Shown: positions 19,202 to 29,178 of the stretch, one piece after another
How the letters are laid out: each line of letters opens with the position of its first letter
Numbering within the stretch: the stretch's first letter is position 1
From: Spirochaetia bacterium
GTDB lineage: Bacteria; Spirochaetota; Spirochaetia; DSM-27196; Salinispiraceae
Direction of reading: 5' to 3'
Length of the DNA: 64,000 nucleotides
NCBI GenBank assembly: GCA_038204425.1
Contig: JBBRCZ010000008.1
Coordinates: 32,001 to 96,000, forward strand
Made by a program: the position numbers and the translations under genes
Notes under the pieces: model-generated
Database searches by the model: none
Seen by the model: only the letters and a program-made list of their open reading frames with translations
What the model was told of the DNA's origin: nothing

Positions 19202-19912
19202 TTACGGTGCCAACAAGGCCTCCTGATTTTCTTTGGCTTGTTTTTTTTCGGTTTCATCGGTGCCTATGCGTAAAATTTCGCCATACCAATACAGAGCTTT
19301 GTCCCTATCTTGACTTCCTGCTGCAATACGTCCAGCAAGGAACATTGCCTTGGTATGCTTGGGTTCTTGGCTCAGTATTCGACTAATAAATGCTTGAGCT
19401 GCTTCTGGATCACCATCTTCAAAGTAGCTGATAATGGCCATGGCATAGAGCGCTTCCGTATATTTAGGCCGCAAGCTAAGCGCTCGTGCGTGATAGACTT
19501 TTGCCTTGGCCAAAAACTCGGCTTTTTTGTCCGGTAGAGATGCCGAAACCTGGCCAGCCATTAAGCCTGCCCAGTAGTAGAGCATGGCGTTCTCTTGCTC
19601 GGTTTCTATCGCTCGTTCGAAAGCGCCCATAGCCAATTGAAACATACCAAATTTTTTGTATTCCATGCCCAGGGCGGTATACAATCTTGCGACATTGCCA
19701 GCGGCATTAATGCGACTATTTATTATGTCCTGATTGCGTAAAATATCCTGCTTAATTTCTTCTATCTTTTCACTTGTTGGCGCTTGAGTGCCTTCAAAAG
19801 CAAACTCAATTGCCGCCACCTGTGTGGCATCGTAGTCCTCGCGACACGATTGCAAAAATGCGATTGACATCAGCATCAAGAGCGACAAAACCATGCTTGT
19901 GTTTCTCATCAA
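19202..19912 (-). CDS. TPR-repeat lipoprotein
   Basis: Lipobox LQSC; TPR-like helices (LGMEY...AFERAIE, YTEALYAMA). Confidence 0.8.
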   Translation of the reverse strand: MMRNTSMVLSLLMLMSIAFLQSCREDYDATQVAAIEFAFEGTQAPTSEKIEEIKQDILRNQDIINSRINAAGNVARLYTALGMEYKKFGMFQLAMGAFERAIETEQENAMLYYWAGLMAGQVSASLPDKKAEFLAKAKVYHARALSLRPKYTEALYAMAIISYFEDGDPEAAQAFISRILSQEPKHTKAMFLAGRIAAGSQDRDKALYWYGEILRIGTDETEKKQAKENQEALLAP

Positions 19913-20703
19913 TATTCCTGCCCTTTCTTTGAGCCAAGGCCCAAAATAGTTAAGCTCGACGATGTGCCTATGCGATCAGCACCTGTCTCAATACACTGTC
20001 TTGCGAATTCTGGCGTTCTGACACCCCCTGACGCTTTGACGCCAATCTGGTCCGCGGCAATAAACCGTAAGAGAGCGAGGTCTTCCAAACTTACCCCCGA
20101 CGGAGAAAAGCCAGTCGAGGTCTTAAGAAAACTGGCTCCGGCGTAAGCAGCCAAATAGGCCGCGGCTATTTTTTGAGCTTGATTAAGTTCGCTGGTTTCT
20201 AAAATTACCTTGACCGGCAGTTGTGAGGCAGCATCAACAACCGCCCGTATGTCCTGATAGACAGCCCAGTAGTCTTGGTCCTTGAGCAAACCTTGCGGGA
20301 GCACCATGTCAATTTCATCGGCTCCCTTGGCAAGCGAGACTCTTGTCTCCTCCACCTTGGCCTCGGTAAGCGCATAGCCATTGGGAAAGCCAACAACGGT
20401 AACCAATTTGACCGAAGTGTTTTTTAAGAGTAATGTGACTTGGCCAAGCCGATTAGTAGGTACGCAGACAGCGAACAAGCCATGTTCCACAGCTTCTGCG
20501 CACAGCTGTTCAAAATCAGCTTTGACTGCACTTGGCTTGAGCAGCGTATGCTCGATGTAGTTTGCAAGACTAGAACCAGATACTGTCCGCTGTGAACTGA
20601 CGCAAGGAAAGTGGTCTTCAAAATTAGATTTTACTTTCCTAATTGCTGACAGAACAGCTAAATGGCCTTGTTCTATGGCGTGCAGTTCGCTTGGGCTAAA
20701 CAT
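19909..20703 (-). CDS. deoC: Deoxyribose-phosphate aldolase
   Basis: IEHTLLKP, GADEIDMV, KVILET, FLKTSTGF, VKASGGVR, RIGTSS. Confidence 0.94.
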   Translation of the reverse strand: MFSPSELHAIEQGHLAVLSAIRKVKSNFEDHFPCVSSQRTVSGSSLANYIEHTLLKPSAVKADFEQLCAEAVEHGLFAVCVPTNRLGQVTLLLKNTSVKLVTVVGFPNGYALTEAKVEETRVSLAKGADEIDMVLPQGLLKDQDYWAVYQDIRAVVDAASQLPVKVILETSELNQAQKIAAAYLAAYAGASFLKTSTGFSPSGVSLEDLALLRFIAADQIGVKASGGVRTPEFARQCIETGADRIGTSSSLTILGLGSKKGQEY

Positions 20704-20712
20704 AGAGTAAGC

Positions 20713-21600
20713 TCACCCGCGAGGGTGATAATCCTTGTGATAGACGCGCAAATCGTCTTTGTCCAAATGAGTGTAGACTTGCGTGGTGCTTATGTCGGAA
20801 TGTCCAAGCAGCTCTTGTACCGATCGTAGATCGGCTCCGCCTTCCAAGAGATGGGTTGCAAAACTATGTCGCAGAGTGTGAACTTTGGCACTTACTCCGG
20901 CCCGAATGGAGGCCTGACTAAAACGTTTCCACATTCCTTTTCTGGATAGTCCCTTGCCAAGTTGATTAACAAAGACCTTGTCAGTTTGGATTCGATTGCC
21001 AAGCAAGGTTGGGCGGCCAAACTCTAAATATTCATTTATCCAGAAAATGGATTCTTTTCCCATAGGAACTAACCTATCCTTGTCTCCTTTTCCACGAACT
21101 CTAACGATTTCTTCGTCCAAAAAGAGTCGATCCATACTGAGGTCGACGGCTTCAGAAATACGAAGCCCACAAGAATAGATCAGCTCAAACAAAGCACGAT
21201 CACGCAGACCCAAGGGACTGCGAATATCCATGTGTTCCAGGATACTTTCCACCTCTTCGATGCGCAGAACTTCAGGCAGCTTGACCGCCATTTTGGGAAG
21301 ATCGATACGCAAGGCAGGGTTGTCGCTGCGCAAACCCTCCAGAATCGAAAACTGAAACAAGGATCTTAGTGCGCTGATGCTCTTGGCTACCGTGCGTTGA
21401 TCCACTCCGCCTTCCTGCCTTGCGGCTAGGTAGTCAAGTACATGGACGACCGTGCATTCGGCCACATCACTCGTGTGAGAACCGAGCCAGCGCTGAAATA
21501 TCAAGACTTCGCGCCCATAGGTTTCTACGCTTGGCTTAGCCAACTGCAGTTCGACCAAGAGATAGGCCTGAAACTGCTGTAAGAGTCGAACGTCGGTCAT
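20713..21600 (-). CDS. xerD: Tyrosine recombinase, XerD-like
   Basis: [51 protein letters not shown]-terminus; start uncertain (21600 or 21621). Confidence 0.9.
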   Translation of the reverse strand: MTDVRLLQQFQAYLLVELQLAKPSVETYGREVLIFQRWLGSHTSDVAECTVVHVLDYLAARQEGGVDQRTVAKSISALRSLFQFSILEGLRSDNPALRIDLPKMAVKLPEVLRIEEVESILEHMDIRSPLGLRDRALFELIYSCGLRISEAVDLSMDRLFLDEEIVRVRGKGDKDRLVPMGKESIFWINEYLEFGRPTLLGNRIQTDKVFVNQLGKGLSRKGMWKRFSQASIRAGVSAKVHTLRHSFATHLLEGGADLRSVQELLGHSDISTTQVYTHLDKDDLRVYHKDYHPRG

Positions 21601-21604
21601 CTTC

Positions 21605-22837
21605 TCAACTAGTTCGGCCATTGGTGCCTGCGCCCTTTGTCCGCAAGAAAGTAGGTACATCGAGATTATTTTCGCCAAAAAACTGCGAAAAATCATTTCC
21701 TTCTACCGATGGCGTGGCCTGCCCACGGTTCATCAACTCGTTCCACTTTCCAAGCGGGACTGTATCGCCATCGCCTTTGATGTTAGTGCTTGTTTCTCGA
21801 CCGATGCTGGCCTCACGTTGGGCACTAGGACTGGCACTGGTGGTACGTACATTCTTAAAGCCTGTTGCAATCACGGTAACTTGCACCGAGTCGCCCATGG
21901 ATTCGTCGAGAGCAGTTCCTGCAATAATTAGTGCGTTGGGATCCGCGCTGGAACTTACAATATTGAGTATCTCTTCATATTCGGCCAACGAAAAGTCTGG
22001 TCCGCCTGTTACGTTGACCAAGATGCCTTTTGCGCCTTCTATGTTGGTGTCTTCAAGCAAGGGATTGTGGATAGCGTGAGTGGCTGCATCGACCGCACGC
22101 GTGTCACCGCTGCCAAGGCCAATACCCATCAGCGCATCACCTTGACCCTTCATGATAGTTCTCACGTCGGCAAAATCAATGTTGATCTCACCATGCTTAG
22201 TTATAAGATCAGATATTCCTTGGACACCTTGACGCAGCACGTCGTCGGCATACAAAAAGGCTTGACGCAAGGGCGTACTTTTTTGAACAATACGCAGCAA
22301 ATTTTGATTGGGGATAGTAATCAGCGTGTCAACGTGCTGGCGAAGCTTACTGATACCTTCTTCGGCCAGTTCTGCTTTGCGGCGACCTTCCAATGCAAAA
22401 GGCTTGGTAACTACCGCAACGCACAAAATACCCATTTCACGCGCTATGCTTGCAATAACTGGAGCAGCACCTGTACCCGTTCCACCACCCATACCTGCGG
22501 TAATGAAAATCATATCACTTCCTTCCATCAATCGTTTGATGGTTTCTTTATCTTCCATGGCAGCGCGCTCGCCAACCGATGGATCACCACCAGCCCCCAG
22601 TCCACCGGTAGTCTGTGTACCCAAGGGAACGCGAACGGTTGCCCGACTAACCTCTAAGGCTTGCAAGTCAGTATTCATAGCGACAAAGTGCACATCCTGG
22701 ATGGATGACTCGATCATTCGATTGACAGCATTGCTACCGCCACCACCAACTCCGATGACCTTGATTACCGTATGACTGCCAACAGCTCTGGCTAGGTGTC
22801 CAAGCTCCTCAACAATCTCAAGTTTCATAATTGACAT
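21605..22837 (-). CDS. ftsZ: Cell division protein FtsZ
   Basis: GVGGGGSNAV, GMGGGTGTG, IDFADV, C-terminal peptide LDVPTFLR. Confidence 0.98.
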   Translation of the reverse strand: MSIMKLEIVEELGHLARAVGSHTVIKVIGVGGGGSNAVNRMIESSIQDVHFVAMNTDLQALEVSRATVRVPLGTQTTGGLGAGGDPSVGERAAMEDKETIKRLMEGSDMIFITAGMGGGTGTGAAPVIASIAREMGILCVAVVTKPFALEGRRKAELAEEGISKLRQHVDTLITIPNQNLLRIVQKSTPLRQAFLYADDVLRQGVQGISDLITKHGEINIDFADVRTIMKGQGDALMGIGLGSGDTRAVDAATHAIHNPLLEDTNIEGAKGILVNVTGGPDFSLAEYEEILNIVSSSADPNALIIAGTALDESMGDSVQVTVIATGFKNVRTTSASPSAQREASIGRETSTNIKGDGDTVPLGKWNELMNRGQATPSVEGNDFSQFFGENNLDVPTFLRTKGAGTNGRTS

Positions 22838-22868
22838 ATCCCCCCCCCCTTTTTTTGCATTGCGCCAG

Positions 22869-24116
22869 CTAACCAAAAAACATACGCCAAATCTTGCGTA
22901 TTCCTTCGCCACCCTTAACACTTCTGGAATTGCCCTGCGTGACTTCGTCAAACATCGGCGAATGCAAAAGTGCATGTTTAATCAAGCCCACAGCCACCGC
23001 CATATCGGGCCTTTGGTATTCATGCATGAGGCCTCCCAGTCCCAGCGGAACACCGATTCGTGAAGAAGTACCAAAAATATCTTGGGCGAGTTCCATCGTA
23101 CCTATCAGAGCCGAAGCTCCACCGGTAATAACGACTCCACCTCCAAGGGCTTGCCAAGATTTTATGTGCGCTTCACGTTCTACTTTCTGTTTAATTAGTC
23201 CTAACATTTCTGTCATACGCGGCTGAATAAACTCGCACAGCTGTCTGCGATCAATCTGTAAGGGTGTCCGAGTACCCAAGCCCATGATCATAGCGGGCTC
23301 CTGCCCGTCTTCAATTAAACCAGCAAAACAACAGCCGGCCTCTTTTTTTAGCCGCTCAGCAGACTCAAAAGGTGTCCGCAACAAAATTGATATATCACTG
23401 GTAACTTGATTGCCACCAAGAGGAATCACATTGGTGTACCAAGGAGCACCGTCCTGAAATAGAATCAGATCACAGGTTCCTCCACCAATATCGATAAGCA
23501 AGGTGCCCATCTCTTTTTCGTCATCGTTGAGCACCGCTTCGGCACTTGCCAAGGCGCCTAGCGCTACGCCCTCTACTTTAAATCCAGCTCGATTGACGCA
23601 TTTGACCAAGTTTTGTGTCGCCGTAATGCTTCCCGTGATAATGTGGACGTCGGCCTCTAACCTAACCCCAATCATGTCCTTGGGATCCTTGATACCGCCT
23701 TGTTCATCTACAATAAATTCTTTAGCGACCGAATGGATAATTTCTCTATCCATGGGCAAAACCACCGCTCGTGCGGCTTCAATCACTCGGTCAAGATCTG
23801 ACTGCACAATTTCTCTTCCACGGTTGGCCACTGCCACCACACCACGAGAATTGATACCTTCTATGTGAGCACCTGCGATGCTTGTGAAAACACTCTCTAT
23901 TTCGCGACCTGCCATTTGCTCGGCAGCCTCCAATGCCTCGGTGACTGACCTAAGAGTGGCCTCAATATTTATGACGACACCCTTTCTTAGGCCAGTTGAC
24001 GGTGCTCGACCGACACCTATCACCTCAAGCCGACCTTGTTCATTGGCTTCAGCAATAACTGCGCACACTTTGGTAGTCCCAATATCCAAGCCAATAATTT
24101 GTTCGCTGGTGGCCAT
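22869..24116 (-). CDS. ftsA: Cell division protein FtsA
   Basis: GLDIGTTKV, DIGGGT, GVVITGG, amphipathic C-terminal IWRMFFG. Confidence 0.96.
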   Translation of the reverse strand: MATSEQIIGLDIGTTKVCAVIAEANEQGRLEVIGVGRAPSTGLRKGVVINIEATLRSVTEALEAAEQMAGREIESVFTSIAGAHIEGINSRGVVAVANRGREIVQSDLDRVIEAARAVVLPMDREIIHSVAKEFIVDEQGGIKDPKDMIGVRLEADVHIITGSITATQNLVKCVNRAGFKVEGVALGALASAEAVLNDDEKEMGTLLIDIGGGTCDLILFQDGAPWYTNVIPLGGNQVTSDISILLRTPFESAERLKKEAGCCFAGLIEDGQEPAMIMGLGTRTPLQIDRRQLCEFIQPRMTEMLGLIKQKVEREAHIKSWQALGGGVVITGGASALIGTMELAQDIFGTSSRIGVPLGLGGLMHEYQRPDMAVAVGLIKHALLHSPMFDEVTQGNSRSVKGGEGIRKIWRMFFG

Positions 24117-24118
24117 AG

Positions 24119-25021
24119 TCAGTCCGCTCCTCTTCTCAAAACCAGGTTAGGACTGCGAAAATCCAATTCTTGTAAATTGCTATCGTCTATGCTTTTACCA
24201 AGTAGCGAAAGCACCCTAAGGATCATCACGCTGTTGTCGGCCGCCAGTGAAGGCCCGATTCTAACCGGCACCGGAGACAACATGGTCCAAGTCAGCAATT
24301 CCAATCCATCAGCGACGGTCGGCATGAGTCTAAATTCCGAAAAAGCGGCAAAAACAGCCGGACTTTGTTCTTTGAGACTTTGCAGGTCGTTAAGTAGCGG
24401 TACTATGATACTAGGCAAGGTAAGTCCAAATCTAAAGTTTCTAAACTCTATTCCACTGAGCAAAGGCAAATTTGAGTGGTTCTTATTAGCCCAATCAAAA
24501 ACAACCCCACGTTGGTCAATAATGACCATTTTTTGTCTGCCATCTTCCAAATTGGCAACAGCACGTACTACGGCCTGACGGGCCCTCAGTTTTAGCGCCA
24601 AAGTATCAGGAAAAACCTTCTCCACATTGGCGCTCATCACTTGAGGCAAGTCCAAAAGCCTGTCTTTGAGCCAAGCGTCGTCAATACCATAAAATCTACT
24701 ACCCGCTTGTACGCCAAGGGACTTCAAAACTGCCTCATGATCAAGGGTTAAATCTGAGTCAATATTTATTGTTTTTAAACTCAGCTCATTGGCTATCGCC
24801 AGTTGAAATACTATCTCAGCCAGCACAATCAAGCTGAGTGCGACGATTATTGCTATCAAAATTTTCTTAAAAATAGCTGAACTATCTTTGTTGGAGATTT
24901 TTTTTGTTACCGTGTGTCCAGTTGTATGTCCAGAAGACGCAGTACGCGTCCTTGACGTTCCGCTGGGTAATGCTTGATTGCGCTGGGAGCTGATAGCGTC
25001 AAAATACAGTCTATCCGACAA
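24119..25021 (-). CDS. ftsQ: Cell division protein FtsQ/DivIB
   Basis: Single TM, POTRA-like LPQVMSANVEKVFPDTL, C-terminal LDFR; position in the dcw cluster. Confidence 0.85.
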   Translation of the reverse strand: MSDRLYFDAISSQRNQALPSGTSRTRTASSGHTTGHTVTKKISNKDSSAIFKKILIAIIVALSLIVLAEIVFQLAIANELSLKTINIDSDLTLDHEAVLKSLGVQAGSRFYGIDDAWLKDRLLDLPQVMSANVEKVFPDTLALKLRARQAVVRAVANLEDGRQKMVIIDQRGVVFDWANKNHSNLPLLSGIEFRNFRFGLTLPSIIVPLLNDLQSLKEQSPAVFAAFSEFRLMPTVADGLELLTWTMLSPVPVRIGPSLAADNSVMILRVLSLLGKSIDDSNLQELDFRSPNLVLRRGAD

Positions 25022-26153
25022 GGCCAGCCTCCTTTTCCACGCTTGAACGTGAAATGTTTAAAAGCAAACCTACCATCATCATCGACACAAGCAAGGACGA
25101 ACCACCAGAAGAAAAGAAGGGCAAGGGAATACCTGTGGCTGGGATCAAACTAGACACCACCGCTACGTTTATCATAGCCTGCAGAATCAAGCAGGTGGTT
25201 AGTCCAAAAGCCAATAACTTGCGAAAAGTATCTGGTGCCTTAAAACTTGCACGATAGCCACGCCAAGCCAGAAGACCAAACAGGACTATCACGGCCACTA
25301 CTCCGACAAAGCCTAGCTCCTCACCCAAAACTGCAAAAATAAAGTCTGACTGCGCCTCTGGCAGAGCACCAAGTTTTTGCACTCCTTGCCCCATGCCATG
25401 ACCAAGGAAGCCTCCGCTGCGTAGTGACTTTATTGAAGTAAGAATTTGATAACCAGAACCCATTGGATCTTGGCCCGGCTTAATAAAAGTAAGCAGGCGT
25501 TCCAATCTATGTTCTTTGGTTAACAAACTACCAATCAATAACGGCACTACCATCAAGAGAGTGAGCGCAAAGTAGCGATACTTTACTCCTGCTGCATAAA
25601 AAATGCTAAGCGCAATTACAAGTACAAAACTGGCAGTAGAAAAATTGTTTTGCAAAAATATAAGCACAACAAAAAAGAAGACTATCAAAAATGGCGGAAT
25701 CAAGCTTTCGCGTACCGCATCCATCTTGTGCTGCTTACGTTCAAGCACTGACGCCAAATACAGGATCAGACTAAGTTTTACCAATTCTGATGGCTGAAAA
25801 GACATGCCCAAGATATTGATCCATCGTCGGCCGCCCAAAAACTCGGCACCAAAACCAGGCACAAAGGTCAGAAGCATCAAAGCAAACGAAAGAAGCAATA
25901 AAAACGGCAAAAATTTCCTTACCGCATCTAGTGATATTCTGGCTAACACTAGAACCAAAACCACCCCCAAGGCGGCATAGGCAGCCTGACTCAAGAAAAA
26001 GCGCAGAGGATCACCATAGATAACTTGTGATCTAAAGTAAGACGCTGAGAAGAGCATGGCCAACCCAGCACTCACCAAAACAAAGAAGGTGCAAGCGAGT
26101 ACAAAGTCTGTCGGGCGTTTAACTATCTGCCCTGCTGTCATTACTTGTGCCAT
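25011..26153 (-). CDS. ftsW: SEDS peptidoglycan polymerase FtsW
   Basis: RRWI, FQPSELVK, GYQ, LPEAQSDFIF, TGIPLPFFSSGGSS; start uncertain. Confidence 0.94.
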   Translation of the reverse strand: MAQVMTAGQIVKRPTDFVLACTFFVLVSAGLAMLFSASYFRSQVIYGDPLRFFLSQAAYAALGVVLVLVLARISLDAVRKFLPFLLLLSFALMLLTFVPGFGAEFLGGRRWINILGMSFQPSELVKLSLILYLASVLERKQHKMDAVRESLIPPFLIVFFFVVLIFLQNNFSTASFVLVIALSIFYAAGVKYRYFALTLLMVVPLLIGSLLTKEHRLERLLTFIKPGQDPMGSGYQILTSIKSLRSGGFLGHGMGQGVQKLGALPEAQSDFIFAVLGEELGFVGVVAVIVLFGLLAWRGYRASFKAPDTFRKLLAFGLTTCLILQAMINVAVVSSLIPATGIPLPFFSSGGSSLLVSMMMVGLLLNISRSSVEKEAGLVG

Positions 26154-26188
26154 TCTTTGTGCAACCTGCTTCCTTTCTGCCGTCTTAA

Positions 26189-27271
26189 CTAGGCAATCTT
26201 TAGAGTCGAGAGACTTAAGATAGCAAACATACCACCGAGGATCCAAAAACGCAGAACCACTTTACTCTCCGCCCAACCTTTTAGTTCAAAATGATGATGC
26301 AAGGGAGCCATCAAAAAAACTCTTTTCTTGCGCAGCTTAAAGCTAGCGACTTGGATGATGACACTTAGGGCCTCCATTACAAAAACCCCGCCAACGATCC
26401 ACAACAAGACTTCTTTTTTGACAGCCATCGACATTACCGCCAAGACTCCACCCATCATGAGACTACCAGTATCACCCATAAAAATTTCTGCTGGATTGCT
26501 ATTGTACCAAAGAAACCCTACGCAGGCCCCGGCCATAGCCAAAGCTAAAACGGTCATTTCTCCGGCACCGGGGATAAACGGAAGACCGAGGTATCCAGAC
26601 CAGTCAGCTCGGCCCGTGACGTAACAGATAATAGCAAAGGTTAAAACTGCCATCAGCACCAAGCCGGTAGCCAAGCCATCCAGTCCGTCGGTCAGATTTA
26701 CCGCGTTTGAGAAGAAGACGATCAAAAGCATACCAAAAGGCACATACCAAAAACCAAGTTGTAGCACCGGTTCTTTGAGAAAAGGCAGATACAAATCTGT
26801 AGCAAAGGCCTTATCTCCATAGAGATAAAGTAAGAACGAGATAAGAAATCCAAGCACAAATTGCCCAAGCAACTTTGCTTTGCCACTTAGGCCTCGCTTG
26901 TCTTTTTTGAAGACCTTAATGTAGTCATCAATAAATCCAACGGCACCAAAGCCAAGTACTGCCAAGATGCCAAGCCATGTGTACCATTGACGTAAATCTT
27001 GCCATAACAGTACTGAGATAAAGGTGGAGATGATGATCATCACCCCACCCATGGTTGGCGTCCCGGCTTTGCCCAAATGGCTTTGAGGACCGTCACCGCG
27101 GATGGTTTCTCCTAGCTTCTTTTTAAGCAAAAGTCGAATGATTAGCGGTGCAAATACAAAGGTCAGCAACAAGGCTGTAATGGCTGCATAGGCAGCCCTA
27201 AAGGTGATGTACTGAAAAATATTAAACGGAGTAAAATATTTTACAAGCGGATACAACAACTCTTTAAACAT
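26189..27271 (-). CDS. mraY: Phospho-N-acetylmuramoyl-pentapeptide transferase
   Basis: KAGTPTMGG, NAVNLTDGLDGL, FMGDTGS, MAPLHHHFE. Confidence 0.97.
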   Translation of the reverse strand: MFKELLYPLVKYFTPFNIFQYITFRAAYAAITALLLTFVFAPLIIRLLLKKKLGETIRGDGPQSHLGKAGTPTMGGVMIIISTFISVLLWQDLRQWYTWLGILAVLGFGAVGFIDDYIKVFKKDKRGLSGKAKLLGQFVLGFLISFLLYLYGDKAFATDLYLPFLKEPVLQLGFWYVPFGMLLIVFFSNAVNLTDGLDGLATGLVLMAVLTFAIICYVTGRADWSGYLGLPFIPGAGEMTVLALAMAGACVGFLWYNSNPAEIFMGDTGSLMMGGVLAVMSMAVKKEVLLWIVGGVFVMEALSVIIQVASFKLRKKRVFLMAPLHHHFELKGWAESKVVLRFWILGGMFAILSLSTLKIA

Positions 27272-28769
27272 GCCCTATTCCTCCAAGCTCGTCAGACTGC
27301 TCAAGCCAGGGCAAGAGCCTCTCCAATTCCATTCCCCGAGATGCTTTGAGCAAGATCAAATCACCCGCACGCACCCGATCTACCACTTCTTTTTTTACAG
27401 TCTCAAAGTCAATCGCGTGAACAAATACTCGCTCGTTGCTATCAGCTGAGAAACCCCAGCTAGCTTCATGTTTTTTTTGAACGCCAATTGCCGCCTGCCA
27501 GGCCGCCTGCATTGCCTCTCCAAAAAAAATGCAAACCGACGCGCCTGATTGATAAGCAAACAAACCTATTTCCTCGTGTAGTTGAACAGACAAGTCGCCT
27601 AGCTCCTTCATGTCACCAAGAATGAGTACATGCCGGTGGCCGGGGACTGCGATTTCCATAAACGAGCTGATACTGGCACGCATGCTGTCGGGATTTGCAT
27701 TGTAGCTATCGTGCATCACGGTAAATCTTCCCCGACGCAATTCACTACGCCCTGGACTAGGCACAAAACTCTCAACTCCACGAGCAATGTCCCGGCGCTG
27801 ATAACCTAGTTTTTGGGCAATATAAAGCACGGCAAGTAGATTGGCTCGGTTGTGGGCACCGGCCAGTTTTAGCGTAAGCTTTTGATCAAACCAATGGACA
27901 ATTTGCCCGTCTGACCAAGGTTCCCATGACACATAGCCCGGGGTGGATGTTTCACCATACAAAACCACCTCACCGCGTACGTCGCTTTTCAAGAAATCGA
28001 CCCACTGATCAGCCTCTGGAACAAATGCCATTTCGTGTCCATCAAAGTTGGAAAAAATCATCTTTTTTTGTTCAGCTATGCCGGCCTGATCTCCGATATT
28101 GCCGATATGGGCAGTCCCAATGTTAGTAATTAGCGCGAGGTTTGGTTTGACAATGTCAGATAGTATGCTCATCTCCCCTTTTTCGCTCATCGCCATTTCA
28201 AAAATAGCCACTTCGACATCCAAGGGCATGCCCAGAACAGCCAAAGGCAATCCAATAACAGAGTTTAGGTTACCTGGACTGGCAAAGGCTTTTTTCTTGG
28301 TGGACAAAACTGAAAATAGTAGCTCTTTGGAAGTTGTCTTGCCGTTACTACCGGTGACGCCAATTTTAAACACCTCAGTTCTGGTAAGCAAGTACGCGCG
28401 TGCCCACAGCTGCAAAGCCTCAAGCGGACTCTGTACGACAATTAGCACCAGGCTGTACTCGGCAAGCAGTCGTTCAACTGCAGCCGAATGCTTGCTCATA
28501 AAACTTTCGGAAACCACCAAAGCTGCAGCACCCTTGCGGGCACAGTCAGTCAAATAGTCGTGACCGTCGACCTTTTGGCCGCGCAAAGCAAAAAATATAG
28601 CGCCCGTGCCAACAGCCCTCGAGTCGATGCAAACTTTATCTACAAGCTGAGGCACAGCGGACTTAGCCGTGACCACTCGCAGCAACAAGCCATTCTTCTC
28701 TAAAAGCTGAGCAATTTCTTGGGCACTGGTTTGAAAGTGCAAGTCTGCACCGGCGCTGCTAATTGTCAT
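27264..28769 (-). CDS. murF: UDP-MurNAc-tripeptide:D-Ala-D-Ala ligase
   Basis: IDSR, GVTGSNGKTTSKE, DSYNANPDS, LGDMKELG, LKASRG. Confidence 0.94.
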   Translation of the reverse strand: MTISSAGADLHFQTSAQEIAQLLEKNGLLLRVVTAKSAVPQLVDKVCIDSRAVGTGAIFFALRGQKVDGHDYLTDCARKGAAALVVSESFMSKHSAAVERLLAEYSLVLIVVQSPLEALQLWARAYLLTRTEVFKIGVTGSNGKTTSKELLFSVLSTKKKAFASPGNLNSVIGLPLAVLGMPLDVEVAIFEMAMSEKGEMSILSDIVKPNLALITNIGTAHIGNIGDQAGIAEQKKMIFSNFDGHEMAFVPEADQWVDFLKSDVRGEVVLYGETSTPGYVSWEPWSDGQIVHWFDQKLTLKLAGAHNRANLLAVLYIAQKLGYQRRDIARGVESFVPSPGRSELRRGRFTVMHDSYNANPDSMRASISSFMEIAVPGHRHVLILGDMKELGDLSVQLHEEIGLFAYQSGASVCIFFGEAMQAAWQAAIGVQKKHEASWGFSADSNERVFVHAIDFETVKKEVVDRVRAGDLILLKASRGMELERLLPWLEQSDELGGIGHV

Positions 28770-29053
28770 TCACGCACCACCGAATCAGGTTTTAGTCGGA
28801 GATTTATAATTTGGTTCTGTTGCGGATAAAACATGCCAAGCTCTTTTACAGCACGTTCTTCAATAAGGCGCGGTGACGTGGCACTGCCATAACGCGCGAT
28901 GAGACGCTTATTTTCTTCAAAGAGCGACTGCTGATATTCTTCATATTTGCTTACTTCCAAGTCTTTTTGCTGCCAAACAAATGACTGCCAAACCGAGAAA
29001 AACAATGAAAGAGGTATCAAACACAATCCTATTGCAACAATCCGTCGATCCAT
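28766..29053 (-). CDS. ftsL: Cell division protein FtsL-like
   Basis: Small TM plus coiled coil, SPRLIEERAVKELGM; downstream of rsmH. Confidence 0.78.
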   Translation of the reverse strand: MDRRIVAIGLCLIPLSLFFSVWQSFVWQQKDLEVSKYEEYQQSLFEENKRLIARYGSATSPRLIEERAVKELGMFYPQQNQIINLRLKPDSVVRE

Positions 29054-29178
29054 CAAAAAACTCCAAAAAAGCAATCTTTACCCAGCGCCCACTTTCTTAC
29101 TATCGGTCGAAGCAAGCCAATCTCTAAGAGAGGATTGGCTACAAGCAAGATAGAAAAGGCAAAACCAATTCTAAACTC

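Noticed and set aside
17368..21600. Two tyrosine recombinases as a sign of a prophage or integrative element
   Set aside because: They have XerC/XerD features and sit in housekeeping context (ftsZ, dprA, hslVU); no att repeats, phage or transfer genes.
26189..29053. Missing ftsI, murE, murD, murG and murC in the dcw cluster
   Set aside because: A reduced dcw cluster is typical of spirochetes, so not unusual here.
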